Assembly (NCBI GenBank): GCA_000165425.1
Contig: CT867992.1
Location: forward strand, 1-64,000
Length of the DNA: 64,000 bases
Reading direction: 5' to 3'
Origin: Paramecium tetraurelia
Taxonomy: Eukaryota
Both the position numbers and the translations under genes were made by a program. Positions within the stretch are counted from its first letter, which is position 1. The number at the start of each line of letters is the position of its first letter. The notes under the pieces were generated by a model. That model was not told the origin of the DNA. It made no database searches and worked only from the letters and a program-made list of their open reading frames with translations. Below, in pieces: positions 1 through 13,761 of this stretch.

Positions 1-2
1 AG

Positions 3-413
3 AATAGTGGAGCAGTAGTTTCCTCAAAATAATAAAACTTCTTTCCTGGAACCAATAATGCAAGTTGTTATCGCGATAGTATTTATACGATAACAGGAGG
101 GTATGGATATACTTGGAGTCATATCGGATTTTCAATAATATGAGATTTATAGCAATAATATGAATTGAATCCCTTAAAAATATGGATTTGGGACTAAGAC
201 AATAGATTTTATACACTAAAAGTGTATTTAATATACAAAAATGTAGAAACAATGATTTATTCAGGTAGTAGTATATAATCAATAACTACTTTTAAATTTT
301 CAGATTAGTAGGTTGAGAAAATTAAAATATTAAATGTTAATGGCAATACTTATAATGATGGACTCCATAGCATAAAAGCAGAAGCCTACTATAAGCACAA
401 GTCGAATTTTTGA
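3..413 (+). pseudogene. 3' part of a Paramecium-type multigene-family protein (YELNxLKIWxWDxDxRxY motif) with an internal stop
   Basis: Code-6 frame reads ...YTWSHIGFSII*DLQQQYELNPLKIWIWDQDNRFYTLKVY...NGNTYNDGLHSIKAEAYYKHKSNF*. In-frame TGA at 141-143, terminal TGA at 411-413. 5' end lies outside the window. Confidence 0.6.
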
Positions 414-756
414 AACCAATAACAATAATATTATTAATTATCTATTTTTTATAGAATCCTCTTAAATATCTAGCATTTAAGGAAAGTTATAAAATTTTAA
501 GAAGAATAAAGATTAATAAAAGTATTATTTATTAAAATCTGAGTTTTTCTATAAATTATTTTTAATTAAAGGATGAATATCAAGTAATTTAAGTATATAT
601 TAATAATGAGTTGATTTATCAAAAGAAATAATTTATAAAAGCCATTTGGATTGTAAATGTATTGCATTCATTATTCTCATTCAATAAAAAACATAACTAA
701 TAAGAATGTGAGAAAATAAACCATTACATTTTATCATTAAATTCTGGAATTAAATT

Positions 757-1900
757 ATGATCATGAATATCTTAAACCAAAAACAATTATAAGAACAATA
801 TGAAATAATATGCGAAATTCATAACTTCGAATTGATTGCAGTCGATTTTGACTTATCAAAAAAGAACAAAGCTCAATTTTTTTGTGGCAATTGTTTAGTA
901 GAGAAAATAAATAATATTAAAAGTGACTACGATAGAATAATCAAAAGGGTGGAATCTAATAAATCAAAGCATAATAAAAAGATATTAAAACGAAAGAGAA
1001 TCAAGCTAGACTCATCTATCAAATTCTTATTTTCAAACAATCCATACAAGATTCTTTGGATAAAATATATCAATAAATATAATAGTTCATATTTCCAATT
1101 TGAAAAGAAAAATAAGAATTATAAGAATATGACTTATAATTTAATTACTTTGAAGATATATAATAATTATCAGAATTATATTCCTAAAGTTAATAGAAAT
1201 AAATTAAATTATAAGTTGATCATTATTCAAATGAGGTAATCTCAAGGCGGTTTGAACTTTTATTGAATTGTTCTGAATACTCTTAGACTTTATAATTATT
1301 TAAGAACACAAAAGAGACACTTAAGGATTTAATGGAAAATGATGTAATTGATTTGATTTCTGGAAACTATAAAAAATAAAATGAAGCTGTATTTTTTAGA
1401 TTATTAATAGAAAAACACCAAGTTTAAATAATATTTGCAGTAATCATAAAAAGGAAATTATTATGATTTATATGGATTTATAGAATAAGAAGATAGATTC
1501 GTATTTGTTGATTGCATCTTTGAAATCCCTTAATTAAGTATCAAAACATTGAAAATATCGATAAACAATGGAAGGAATTTAACTCATAATTTAAAAAAGC
1601 TTAATGGAACTTAAAATTGAGAGTTAAACTAAAAATTAGAATTATTAAATTAAATGGCTTTTATGAGAATAGATTACAATAAAAATTGACTGAGATTAGT
1701 GACAAAGTGGTTGCAGAATAATATTTAGGTATTGAAAAGTCTTAGGATTTAAATCATATTAGAAAAATCTCTATTTAAGCTTTGGGTAATGAAGAATTAC
1801 TCACAGATTTAAATCAATTGATTGAAAAGAAAAATACCATAAAACCAATTAATTAAATTTGTAAAAAATAAAGCTTGTATTTTCAAAACAAACATAAAAT
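757..1900 (+). pseudogene. Frameshifted relic with two CxxH...CxxC modules and coiled coil, resembling the N-terminus of Paramecium WD40-family proteins
   Basis: ATG at 757 gives CEIHNFELIAVDFD...FFCGNCLVEK. The continuation KVTTIEQSK is in another frame, a second module CSNHKKEIIMI lies near 1437, and there are several frameshifts and TGAs. No WD repeats follow. End approximate. Confidence 0.55.
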
Positions 1901-2049
1901 ATCCTTTAAAATTGCATTATTAATAAGATATATAGTCATCATTGAATATTTTATAAGAATTTTCAAGTATCTATTTATTTCCATTTAATTAGAGGAAAAT
2001 TCTTTAATAATATAGTTAACTGAAACGGTTTAATAAATTTAAAAAAGTC

Positions 2050-5000
2050 CGTCAAAAGATGACAAGAATGTACAGATGAAAATACTTGCACATTATGGAA
2101 TAGTACATATGATTCTAATATTATAAAATTCTCCTAGTCAGATTGTTTAAGTCATTAATATTACAATGTAAATTAAGTAAAATGTTTGAATTGCCCAGCT
2201 TCTTGTATCACTTGTGTTTCTCCTATAGATTGTCAAAGTTGTTAAGCTACTTACACTCTTACTAAGCTTGGATGTGTTTGCAAATAAAATTAATACGAAG
2301 AATCAGATTAATGCTATGATTGCCCTACTTTATGCAAATAATGCTAAAGTTTGACTTTTTGTATCGAATGCTTTTTTAGTGATTTTAGAGAGCTAGTAGG
2401 TGGATAATGTGACTGTTTTTAGGGATATTATCAAGTGGAAGGCAGTTCGGTTTGTTTATAATGCAATACGTTCTGCAAAGAATGTTTTGGTGCAACTTTT
2501 AATGATTGTAAAGTTTGCAGCAACATTGTGGGCATTAAAAAGATTGGTTCTATTTGCTAATGTCCAGATAATACAGTTTATGAAGAATAGACTAATTCAT
2601 GCGTTAATTGCCATTCAACTTGTTAGACTTGTTTTTCCAAATACATAAATGGATGCTTAACTTGTGATGCAATATTAAATAGAACTCTAAAAGGATTAAA
2701 ATGCGAATGTTCCTTTGGTTACTATGAGGATGCTAATATATGTTTGAGTATGATAAATTCTTATTATATTAGATTGTCCTGTAACTTAAGATTCTTCTTT
2801 ATCTCAATGCTATGTTTTATGTGATAACAACCAATTAATTTGGTTTTCAACTGGTTGTTAAGGCTGTTCTCAGGGCTTTCACATGGTGAATACAGAATGC
2901 TAGCCGATTTGTGGTGATTTAGTAGTTGTAGGAAATGAAGAATGTGATGATAATAACACAGACTTAAATGATAAATGCTTTAATTGCAGGTTTTAATGTC
3001 CAGCAAATTGCTAGACTTGTGATAAAGATACTATACTTCCATGTCTAGATGTGTGTGGAGATGGATTGATTACTGGTAATGAAGAATGTGAGGATGGCAA
3101 TAATATTTAATTTGATGGATGTTATAATTGCAAATATCAATGCTAACAATCTTGTACAAAATGCTTTATGGGAGAGTGTAATGAATGTGCTGAAGGATGG
3201 TACATAGTCCCATATACCTGGAGATGTAAGGAGAGATGTGGAGATTAAATGATAGTAGGAGAGGAATCCTGTGAGGATGGAAATTAAATAGATACTGATG
3301 GATGCAAGGAATGTAGATTTGTTTGTAGGATTGGGTGCTCATAATGCGATGGTCCCAAATGTCTACTTTGTGAATTTCCTGGATTCATTCCATATTAATA
3401 TTATTGTAAAAAATAATTGTGGAGACGGAATAGTTGTTGTAGATCCCATGGGGTCTCTTCAGAAGTTTGTGATGATGTAGGTTGTAATTCAGCCTGCAGC
3501 TAATGGTAATAAGGGTATCAACTCAAGAAGATTATATGCGAACCTATTTGTCAANNNNNNNNNNNNNNNNNNNNNNNNNNNNNNNNNNNNNNNNNNNNNN
3601 NNNNNNNNNNNNNNNNNNNNNNNNNNNNNNNNNNNNNNNNNNNNNNNNNNNNNNNNNNNNNNNNNNNNNNNNNNNNNNNNNNNNNNNNNNNNNNNNNNNN
3701 NNNNGAAAGGTGAGAAGTCTCAGGTATCAACTCAAGAAGAGTATATGCGAACCTATTTGTCAAGATAACTTATTGGTGGAAAAAGCAAATGTGCGAATCC
3801 AGTTTCATCTTGCCATATAAAGGGTGCTAGAATTATCAAATAAAGTGTTAGTCGTCCTGCTTATAATGTGATACAGTTTAATTCTCAATACTATTGTAGG
3901 ATTATTTAAAATTTATGATCTACCCTGAATGTTGACGATATATGTTGGATATAAGATCTTGGATCATATTTGTTATTCTATTTGTGGAGATCAGATAGTA
4001 ACTGTTGATGAGGAATGTGATGATGGAAATTTAATAATTGGGGATGGATGCCATTTTTGTAATTATAGCTGTTAAGATTCTTGTTTGAATTGTGTATAAG
4101 GAGAATGCTTGAAGTGTAAGGAAATAACTAATAATTTCTATCAAATTGCTAATTCTGTAGCTTAGATAAAGTCAATCATTTATTGACTTTATAATAAATT
4201 CAGAGATTTAAATTGAGACATTTTCCTAGAATTGTAAGATTTGTCAAATTTAATACTTGTATCGAATGTGAATTAGACTATTATGGTAAAATGTGTCAAC
4301 CAAAATGTGGAGATAAAATTGATGTACCTGAAGAAGAATGGGATGAAGGTAAAAGTAATCTTACTAACAAATGTTATAATTGTAAATTAATATGTTCAGA
4401 ATTCTGTTAATGGTGCGATTTTGGAGTTTGTAAACAATGCTAACTAAATATTATTTAGATGAAAGTAACAATACTTGTCAGCCTATTTGTGGTGATAATA
4501 TATTAGCTCCTAATGAAGTTTGTGAAGATGGAAATGATATAGAATTTGATGGATGCTTTGAATGCTAATTTTAATGTCAAGTTGATTGCAGATTTTGCTT
4601 CCTTGAAAATGTTTACAATGTTTGGAACCATTAGTCTTGGTCTAGTCTAAAGGAAAATGTGAACTTATAAAATATTGTGAGGCTGAAGCTGGCTTCTATT
4701 ATTAAAGTAGTACCAATAGTTGTGTTAATTTATGCGGAGATGGCATTGTGACAGGCCAAGAAGAATGCGATGACACTAATATAATTCCATATGATGGTTG
4801 TTTTGACTGTAGATTTCAATGCAATAAGTAATGTGAGTTGTGCGATAAAGGAGTATGCCTTATTGAAACTTGTCCCTTAGGATCTATATGGATAAATAAA
4901 TCATGTTGTGGGGATGCTATCTAAAATGGAGATGAAGAGTGTGATGATGGAAATCATATAGATTATGATGGATGTTCAAACTGCCGATTTCAGTGTCATT

Positions 5001-6690
5001 AATTTTGCAATATCTGCTTGAATGGCATTTGTAAAGAATGCTTTGATGAATATACATTAGATTAGAATAAATGTGTTAAACAATAAAGTATCCTAGTAGA
5101 TAATGGAGATTCAAATCATTTAAGATATAATTAGGATTACATTTGCCTTGATGATGAATGTGCATTTTCTCTTAAACCAAAAATGAGTCTAATCTATTTA
5201 AATTAAACTTTCTCTCATTAATATGTGGAGATTAACTTTAATTAACAAATACAATATGCAAAAATGCCTAATAAAGGTTAATTTTCACCTTTCGAAATAC
5301 AAATTCAAAATTTAAGTGAAGAATATTATAAAATACAACTTTATCCTATCAGAGACATCACATATGATTTATAATTTGTTTAATATGTCGCTGACATAGA
5401 AATTTTTCTAGATCTCTAAGAGGAACCCATTTTATAGATTACTCTAATTTAAACTGTTATTAACTACAATAATCAAACTATTATTGAACCAAATCAATCT
5501 ATTTTCCTCTAAGAGCCTAGGATTTTAAGTGATGAGCTTAAATCCAGAAGCGTTGCTATCAGTAAAACAAGCAAAGCATTTATGATCTCTGCAATTACTA
5601 TATCTTCTGTATCATTCATTTTTGGTGATTCCACCCTATTAAATGAAGCCTTGAACATACTTTAGTATTAGTCCTATCTCAAATTTATTAATCTTGAATA
5701 TCCAGAAAATTCATATATTTATTTTCAAAGCTCAGAAATGTTATCAATTTCTAACTATTTATCGAATTTGTAAATCGATTATGTTCTAGGTGTCATTACA
5801 AGCAAGGAAGAAGAATAAATAATACTTGATGGAAAGTTCGCATAATATGATGTAGATTGCGATCTTATTCTTAATTTAATTCCTCAATGCCCCAATTAAT
5901 AATACTTTTAACTCTAATTCTTAATAGCAAGACAATTCATCTTAAGTACTAAATTTTCATTTGGGCTCAGATTTTTAAATACGATTTTCAAAATCTATCG
6001 AGTGGTAAAAAGTTATTAGTAGAATTTGCTTACAGGTCGGATAATAAATACAGGATATTATAAAATACAGGTATTAATTTAGTTTGAGATTAATCATGCC
6101 CATTTTATCTTTAAATGCTTGGGATATTTTATTTAAACTACTACTACAAATTCATATCAATAAACTATAGAACGAAAGAGAACACTCTTAATATTTTCTC
6201 AGCTTTTCTATAATAATACTGTACTTAATCTTATAGCAAAAGCACCTTTTGGAATGTGAATTCTAAAAAGAATTCCCTTTAAATAAGATATGAATCATTA
6301 GATATTTTTAGAACATCCTTCTTTCATGTAGTGTTAGTTTTCTTTTAAAATCATTCAATACTTCAGTCTTTACTAATAGCAATAAACAGTATTTTTCAAT
6401 GCTACTTTATTTAAAAATATTAATAAGTTAACAAATTAGATAACTTTGTTAACATAGTTACAGAAGCAACTGTAGCACTTTATAGTTTAACTTCTTACAT
6501 ATATTATAAAGAGAATCTATTCCCCTATCAAACTGTTGTAAATGTTGGATTTTTTCATATTGGTATCTTAATGTTTAGTTTATCATTTGTCTTATGTAAG
6601 CAAATTTACAAAAAAATATAGATCATATCATCAAAAGTTAACAATTATAAAATAGAAAAATTAAAAAGTAAATTGTGACTATTGAAATTT
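2050..6690 (+). pseudogene. Large cysteine-rich multi-pass membrane protein (furin-like CxxC repeats plus CGDG..EECDDGN..DGC repeats, C-terminal TM region); 5'-truncated and frameshifted
   Basis: Code-6 translation gives CPASCITC, CHSTCQTC, CGDLVVVGNEECDDNN, CGDGLITGNEECEDGN..FDGCYNC and LQYQSYLKFINLEYPEN. Intron at about 2748-2772. No ATG or signal peptide found. Frame breaks near 3410-3480, 3900-4200, 4600 and 5880-6300. Spans an N gap. Bounds approximate. Confidence 0.75.
3555..3704. other. Assembly gap (150 N)
   Basis: Run of N, same length as the second gap, so probably a placeholder size. Confidence 0.95.
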
Positions 6691-7314
6691 TAAATATCTA
6701 AATTATTAATTATGGTTTTAATTAATTAGTCCTTGGTTTTAATTCATAATTCTTAAATAATCATTAATGTTACTTATCTTTATTCTTTGACAATAATAAT
6801 CTCCTTTTTTGTAAATTACCAATATTTCAAAGAAACAAGTATTCAAATATTCTAAGAAAATAAAGATCAAATACTAAATTAGAAAATATTTCTAAGATCA
6901 TTTATATAGTTAACTTTATTTTTGATTTTATTAAATAAAACATAGTAGACTTAAATTTACGTCTCAAATTTAGTTTAACGATTAATATAGTAACCTTTGG
7001 GTTAGGAATATTTTCTTAATTTAATATAAATGCTGGTGAGAGAATATGAATAGTGATATTTCTGAAATGTTCATATTTAATGATTAATAATAAATTTAAC
7101 TATATAATAATTAAATCAAACTAAAATAAAAGTGTTTTTCTTAGATTAATTATAATAATAATGAACTCTTACAAATACCAAATAAATTTAGATCATATGA
7201 ATGCATGAGACAAGTACAGAATACTCATATTAACAATGAAGTCATTAAACTATTAAGATGAAGTCATCATATAGTATAAAAATAATTAAAAACAAAATTG
7301 TAAATATTTATTGA

Positions 7315-8409
7315 ATGCATTAGACATTATTATTATTCCAGCTATTCACAATAATATCTTGTTATTCCTATCTTCCTTAACTGGAAATTGACTTGAATGC
7401 CCCACCAAAATAGAGATGGATGAAGGCAGTATAAACAGTCCTTGAATTACATGGATATTAAAATTCCTTTGGTTCAGTATTTGCTTTTCATAATCAACAT
7501 TCTTTTCATATATTAAACAAAGATGACTATGATACAATAGCATATTTTTTAAGAAAGAACTTTCCAGAACATGCATTAGAATTGGAAGGGGTAGTAGAAG
7601 CATTGAATAGACCAGAGATCACCTTCGAATATATGGCTGGATGGGCATATTTCCATGAGATAGCACATGTTACAAATTAATTTTAAGAGTGCACAGGAGT
7701 TTTGTTATCAGCAGGTGACTAAGTAATTCATGGAAGAAATATGGATTAAGCACCAGGATAAGGTAGAAATCTAGTGTTGCATTTATTCATTAAAAAGGAT
7801 GGAAAATATATTGGAGAAGTAGTCGATTGGTATTGGTTCAAAGGTGGATTTATTACAGCATAGAAATATAATGTTGCGAGTCTTGAAGAAAATTGGAGAA
7901 TTGATAAAAGATTAACAAAATAATCAGTTATGTTATTTATTTAAAGTGGATTACCATCATTGACTTAGTCCTTTAGAGAGGTTTTAACAAATGACAAACT
8001 CAACACTTATGAAAAAGTAGTATAGTATCTTGAGACTCATGAGGTAGGATGTGGTTTATATTATATCGTGAGTGGTAGTAGTAAGGATTAAGGTACTATT
8101 ATTACACGAGGACCATAGGAAACCATTCCATCGTTGAAATTAAACACCGCAAGTGGAATTACGTACTTAGTCTAAACAAATTATGATCATTGGGAAGTTG
8201 ATCCAGAGGAGGATCCCAGAAGAACTGTTGCAGAGGATTTACTTTAAAAAATGAAAATTAATCTAAAGAATGAGTTTGGCATTTATGCTGTAATGAACAC
8301 TTTTCCTGTCCACAATGAAGGTACTTTCGTCACTGTTATAATGAATACCAAATACAACAGATTTACAACTTTAGGACAAGAAGCTATTACATTTTTTGAT
8401 GATGAATGA
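7315..8409 (+). CDS. Acid ceramidase / N-acylethanolamine acid amidase (Ntn-hydrolase), secreted or lysosomal
   Basis: Intronless 364 aa. Signal peptide MHQTLLLFQLFTIISC, IDLNAPPKQRW, autocleavage nucleophile CTGVLL..VIHGRNMD, LVQTNYDHW..DPRRT. Confidence 0.9.
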
Positions 8410-8714
8410 AAGATTCAATATATTTTATATATTAAAACACACATAACAATATAATTATTTTTAGCTAAGAGAAGATTTCCAATCTCAAATATGTATTAGA
8501 TATATGAAAAGGTAGTTATATTTATCAATAGAATTGTAACATATTTATAATTAATTTCATTTATATTTTGATTCATAAAAATTAAATAATTTTATAAAAA
8601 TACCTATTGTATAAATATAGATATTTTTAGTTTTTTATCATTCTGATTTTTAGAAATTGGAATTAATTAAGTATTAAGCAGTATTAAAATCAAATAAAAA
8701 AAAATGACCGAAAA

Positions 8715-10343
8715 TCATTAATATTTTAATTCATACATTTAATATTGATTTTCACCTTGAATTGATTAATTTTCAGGTTTGCCTATCCAGGTGACCAAAA
8801 ACCTTCCATTATTTGATACGGTGGCAAATAATAATTAATATTTGTATACTAATTTACCTATCTTTTCAAATCTTCCATTAACTTATTTTAAAAAGTGAAT
8901 GCATCTATTATGTTTAACAACGAATAAATTTCTGTTTGGGTCGTGCCAAATAGGAGTAAATATATGATCCATATTTCCTGATACTAAATTAAACTCTGTT
9001 TGTTAGTTTTATAATTTATTATTTTAAATTTTATAATAAATTAATTTACCATCCCTCTGATTCAACAAAAAAGATGAATTGTCAATAAATTTAACCCTCA
9101 TTCCATAAACTTTACAATCTAATTTGTCTATTTCAATTAGTTCCTAACGAATAGAAAACAACCTTAAGCAACCATCCATTCCACATAACACCAAATAATT
9201 TTCATCTTCATTGAGACTCAGTCCAAATATAGGTTTTGAATTTTTATCAATTTCTTGAATTTTAGGGTTTCCTAGAACAAAGTTTTTAAAATTGACTTCA
9301 ATAATTGCAATTTATGCTTTCTAAGTCCCTATATATAATTTATCTCCCTTTTTATTCAAACACATGACTTTTGCACCTCCATTCAATTATTAACTTCCCT
9401 ATTCTTCCCATATCTTTTATTCAGTACGTTTCCAAATTTTGATTTTACAATCATTATCTCCTCCTCCAGATATAAGGGTATCTGAATTCTTATCAAAAAG
9501 GAGACAACTTATTTCACCCTTATGTCCATTCAACTCAGCAATTTACTCCATTTAACCTTCTAAAAAGTTCCAAATCACTATTGAATTATTTTTTGCAGTG
9601 GCAATCAGGTTATCATTTTAATTAAAGCATAAGGCTTAGCATTTTTCAGATTATTCTTTAAAACCTATTTATTAGCAAATGTTTCCCAAATTAATCTCCA
9701 GGCCTTTTAAACTAATGAATTCCTTACAAATTGATTCCTCATACTCATTTTAATCCTTTAAACTCTATTCTTAACCAATTTCTGATATATCTGGTTCATA
9801 TTAAAAAAAAAATTTCTGCATATCTTAAATAATTCCTTCCCCATCTATGTCTTTCATACCTTTAAATTTATTTGTTAAAGTTTCAAAATCTTATATAATT
9901 TTAATCTTAGTTTAATTTGGTGCATTTTTATTTTGAAAAAGTTGGTTTATGTATTCATCCCTTAGACCGGATAAAAGAAATTTATTTATCTAGCATTCAT
10001 TACATACTTTCTCAATACCAATATTTGAGTCATTGATGATTTACTCAGTTTTATTAATTGAACTATTTTATTTTAGAATAGCTTTATGTTAATCAACTTA
10101 AAGTTCCAATTCATCTTGTACTCCTTTGATTAACCAGTTTCTATTTTTTTCTAAAGCAAACCACAGCTCCTTTATATCATAGATTTCTGGGGAATAAATT
10201 TAAGTTTTATTAAGGTCATCAAATTCTAAAGAAGAAAAAAAGGCTTCACATGACTAATTTTAATCTTTCACATTTCTTAAATTATCAGAAATTAGGTTTA
10301 TTATTTTCTCCACTAATTCTCCTCTTTGCTGTTTATTCAACAT
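8715..10343 (-). CDS. WD40-repeat protein with N-terminal helical region
   Basis: Span is 543 codons from ATG to TGA. ELNGHKGEISCLLFDKNSDTLISGGGDNDCKIKIWK and NNSIVIWNF. Confidence 0.75.
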
Positions 10344-10429
10344 TTCTTTCACTATATTTATTTATACTACAACCTTGAATCAAAATTCAATATTTAGATG
10401 TATTTAGTTAATTTACAATTTAATAGAAT

Positions 10430-11126
10430 TTGATTCTATGTGAACATATTAAAAAATTAAATTAGAAAATAATTTTGAATCTGTTAATATGGTATAATAA
10501 ATTTCTAGATTATAATGCAAGTATTACCTTCAACCATCCTTGTTTAACATTTTTCAATATCCTCATCTGAGTATACACTAACTTCCATGAATATTAATTT
10601 ATGCATTTCAGCAAATTTTTATGCTTTTTCTAATGAAACTTCTCTTGATTTATTATTGTCAGCCACCTTGTCAATTTATTACCAATTAACATGATAAAAA
10701 CAACATTGTCTGCCTTGGATTTTACATCATTCAACCAATTTTCTAATTCATCAAAAGTTGACTTTTTGTGATATCATAAACTAAATAAACCCCTTTTGCT
10801 TTTTATTGATGACTAATATAAATATCAACATTTTCATACTCTAATACAACCTACCTATATCTTTCCTACCCAGTTGTATCCCAATAAAGTAGATTTACTG
10901 TCTAATTATTTGATACTTAGTATTTTTTTTAATCATACTCAATACCAATACTTGGTTGGTTTACTTTTGGCAGCTTTCTCCAAACAAGTCTTTAATTTTA
11001 TAAAATACAACCAAAACCTATTGAATAAATGTGTTTTTCCAACTGCTGTATTTCCATCAAAAGTAACTAAATAAATGCAATTGTATAAATACCCTTATAT
11101 GATTTAATTTTTTCTGGCATGTCCAT
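10430..11126 (-). pseudogene. Divergent Rab GTPase pseudogene
   Basis: GNTAVGKTHL (G1), YWDTTGQERY (G3), VYLVYDIT, MLIGNK then a 1-nt frameshift before DKV..REVSLEKAQKFAEMHKLIFMEVS. No C-terminal prenylation cysteines seen. 3' bound approximate. Confidence 0.75.
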
Positions 11127-11457
11127 TTAAGTTATAATTATAATTTTCTTGTAATTATAATGTAAATTTAGGTTTTAAAATGATGTTGATTCCAAAAGAA
11201 GATCATCACTTATATGTAATCTAAGGAGTGTGATTCAGAATTGATTATATATATTAATCAAGAGATTTAATTTGCTATGACATTAATCATAATAATTAGG
11301 AATGAATATTGTGATTAAGTTAGGAGTTTCTTATTCATTTTTATTTTGTAAGATAAATGCAGCAATAAACAATAACACAATATTAAATATTATAATTGTG
11401 GAATACACATCGATTTAAATATTGTTGAATTGATAAAAACAAATTTATATATTATTT

Positions 11458-12160
11458 ATGTAAGTAAATTACGAAGCTATCATTGACGGTACTTTAATAA
11501 TTTGATGGAATAGAGGCTAAAAACAAAATGATGAAGTGGCAGGAAATAAATGAACAGAACATGTGGGAATTATTTTCGAACAAAGAAGGATACATTGTAT
11601 ATACCAAGAAGAATCCAGAAAATGGTATCAATATGAATAGATCTCAAACGGAAATTGCCAGAACCCCCGAGTAGATTCTAGATTTGGTTGCTGATGTCAA
11701 TAAACGACCATTATATGATGAAAAGGTGGAAACTGTATGTTTTCCACATAATAATAATAGGCTCATGTGGTTGAATAAATAGATGCCAACACCAGAGTTA
11801 TTTATGTGAGAATCAAACCACCCATCCCATTCATGAGTAGCAGAGATCTAGTTATGGTTTAGAAGGTTTATAAACAAAATGACGGAGTTTATATTGTATG
11901 CTGTACTCTCTTTGTCAATATCATTAGCTAAGTCAATTATTCATCAAAAGACTCCTGCAATTAATAAAGTCGAAAGAGCTGAAATGCATCTCAGTGGCTG
12001 GATCATCATTCCATAATAAAATCAAATGACTAAGATTGTGACTCTCTAATGTTTTGATCCAAGAGGAGACGTACCCACTTCAGTCACCAATCAATATGCC
12101 AAACTCTAAACAGACATGATGAAGGCTGCAGTCAAGTACATTGCACTTAATTATAAATGA
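11458..12160 (+). CDS. START-domain lipid-transfer protein
   Basis: Three short introns. RPLYDEKV, IYVRIKPPIPFMSSRDLV, VERAEMHLSGWII, FDPRGDVP. Confidence 0.88.
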
Positions 12161-12296
12161 TTCACAATATTAACATAATTAAATCAATTCATACAATTAT
12201 TCTATAAATTTAGAGTGAAAAAAGATTATTGAGACTAAAAACATTACTATTTATGCTCTATAAAATTAAATCTCAAAAACACATAGTCTTATTGTT

Positions 12297-13464
12297 ATGA
12301 TATTAGAAAATTAGATCTCTAAAACCTAGAATGCCCCATCTCCTCAACTCAAAATAAATAAGGATTATAAATCTTAATAATTCTCTTCACTTAACACAAG
12401 TCATTAATCAATAGATCAAGAGAATTAGTATCCTCAAGAAGGCAAATTGTTGAACTTTATCATGGAACTAGAGGAACTCCAATAAAAGTCTATATTCAAT
12501 TTAACTTTGAATTCCCTGTCCTTAGAACAATAGAAATGTATCCAATTTTAGTATGTTTTAGTGGCTCTTACAGATGATCCCAACAATTCTTAATTAAGGA
12601 GGTAATTGCAATATAATAAACACTATTACCAAGAATTTCAACATTCACTTCAGTAGGAGAATGTCTATCTCGGAAATTGTCTACAAAATCATAAGGTTTC
12701 GTAACAATTAAGAAGTCGAATGGTTGATTGGATGATTGAAGTCTTAGGAAATTATAATGAAACTACTACCAATGCCACATTTTTTAGATCTGTCTCTATC
12801 ATGGACTACTTCCTATCAAAATCTAATACTTAATACTCTGATCAGCATCTGCATCTCATTGGAATGAGTAGCATGTTCATAGCCACAAAATTGGAAGACA
12901 TCTATCATATCCCTTTATAAGACTTTGTCTAAAGAGTTGGTCATAATAAATATTCTACGTAATTTTAAATTATTATAATATAGAATAAAAGTCAAAGCTG
13001 CGGAGCAAATGATATTGGAAACATTGAATTATGAAATCACTTTCCCGACTATTCTTGATAGACTTTATAATCTTTATTATTAATGTTTCAGTGTAAACAA
13101 TGAGTAAGAATAACAATTATTAACTTTAGTACTAATTTGTAGAACATATTAGAAGCAAGCATCTACATCTTAAAGATGTGTCTTCATGATTATACGATGA
13201 ATACCTTTCACGCCAATACTTTAGCTGCCAGTTCATTTTTTTATTCAATATGCGATTTTGTTATTTCGAAAGATTACCAGCATTAAGATCAAATAATAGA
13301 TTAATTTGTACTTATCCTATTAATTATTATAGAGTAAACGAATTACACAAATATCTGAGATAAATTTGTTCGAATTTAATCAATGTTAAGGGAAATTAAA
13401 GGAATTGATCAATTCATTTAAGAAAAAGTATCCAGATTTATAGAATTTAGATAGGTTTTCTTGA
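12297..13464 (+). CDS. Cyclin (cyclin A/B-like box)
   Basis: RSRMVDWMIEVL, TFFRSVSIMDYFL, LHLIGMSSMFIATKLEDIY, EQMILETLNYEITFPT. Three short introns in the 3' half. Confidence 0.88.
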
Positions 13465-13761
13465 TTTTATAATATTAATTCTTTCAAATAATCAGAATAT
13501 AAATATTTATACATTCTTATCCAATGATTATAATAGAAGTTATTTAAATCAATTAATATTATATAAATAATAGTTATGGAATACAATAATAAAAGAGACC
13601 AATTTGAACAATTAAGCTAAAATTCTGTTTTATTTACTAATGCAAAATAAATATGATAGTTATTCAATTCATTCAGTTATCAAAGTTCTCTTTTTGTAAA
13701 TTGCTATATAAACAAAATAGATGGAAAATTACATATAAAATATTAATATATTATAATTAAA

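Noticed and set aside
141..143. In-frame TGA as selenocysteine or readthrough
   Set aside because: Not in a redox motif, no SECIS recognised, and neighbouring genes are also decayed. A nonsense mutation is simpler.
2900..5050. Regularly spaced tgtggagat/gaatgtgatgatgg repeats as a CRISPR-like array
   Set aside because: They are degenerate codons of the CGDG/EECDDG protein repeat, not identical DNA repeats with spacers.
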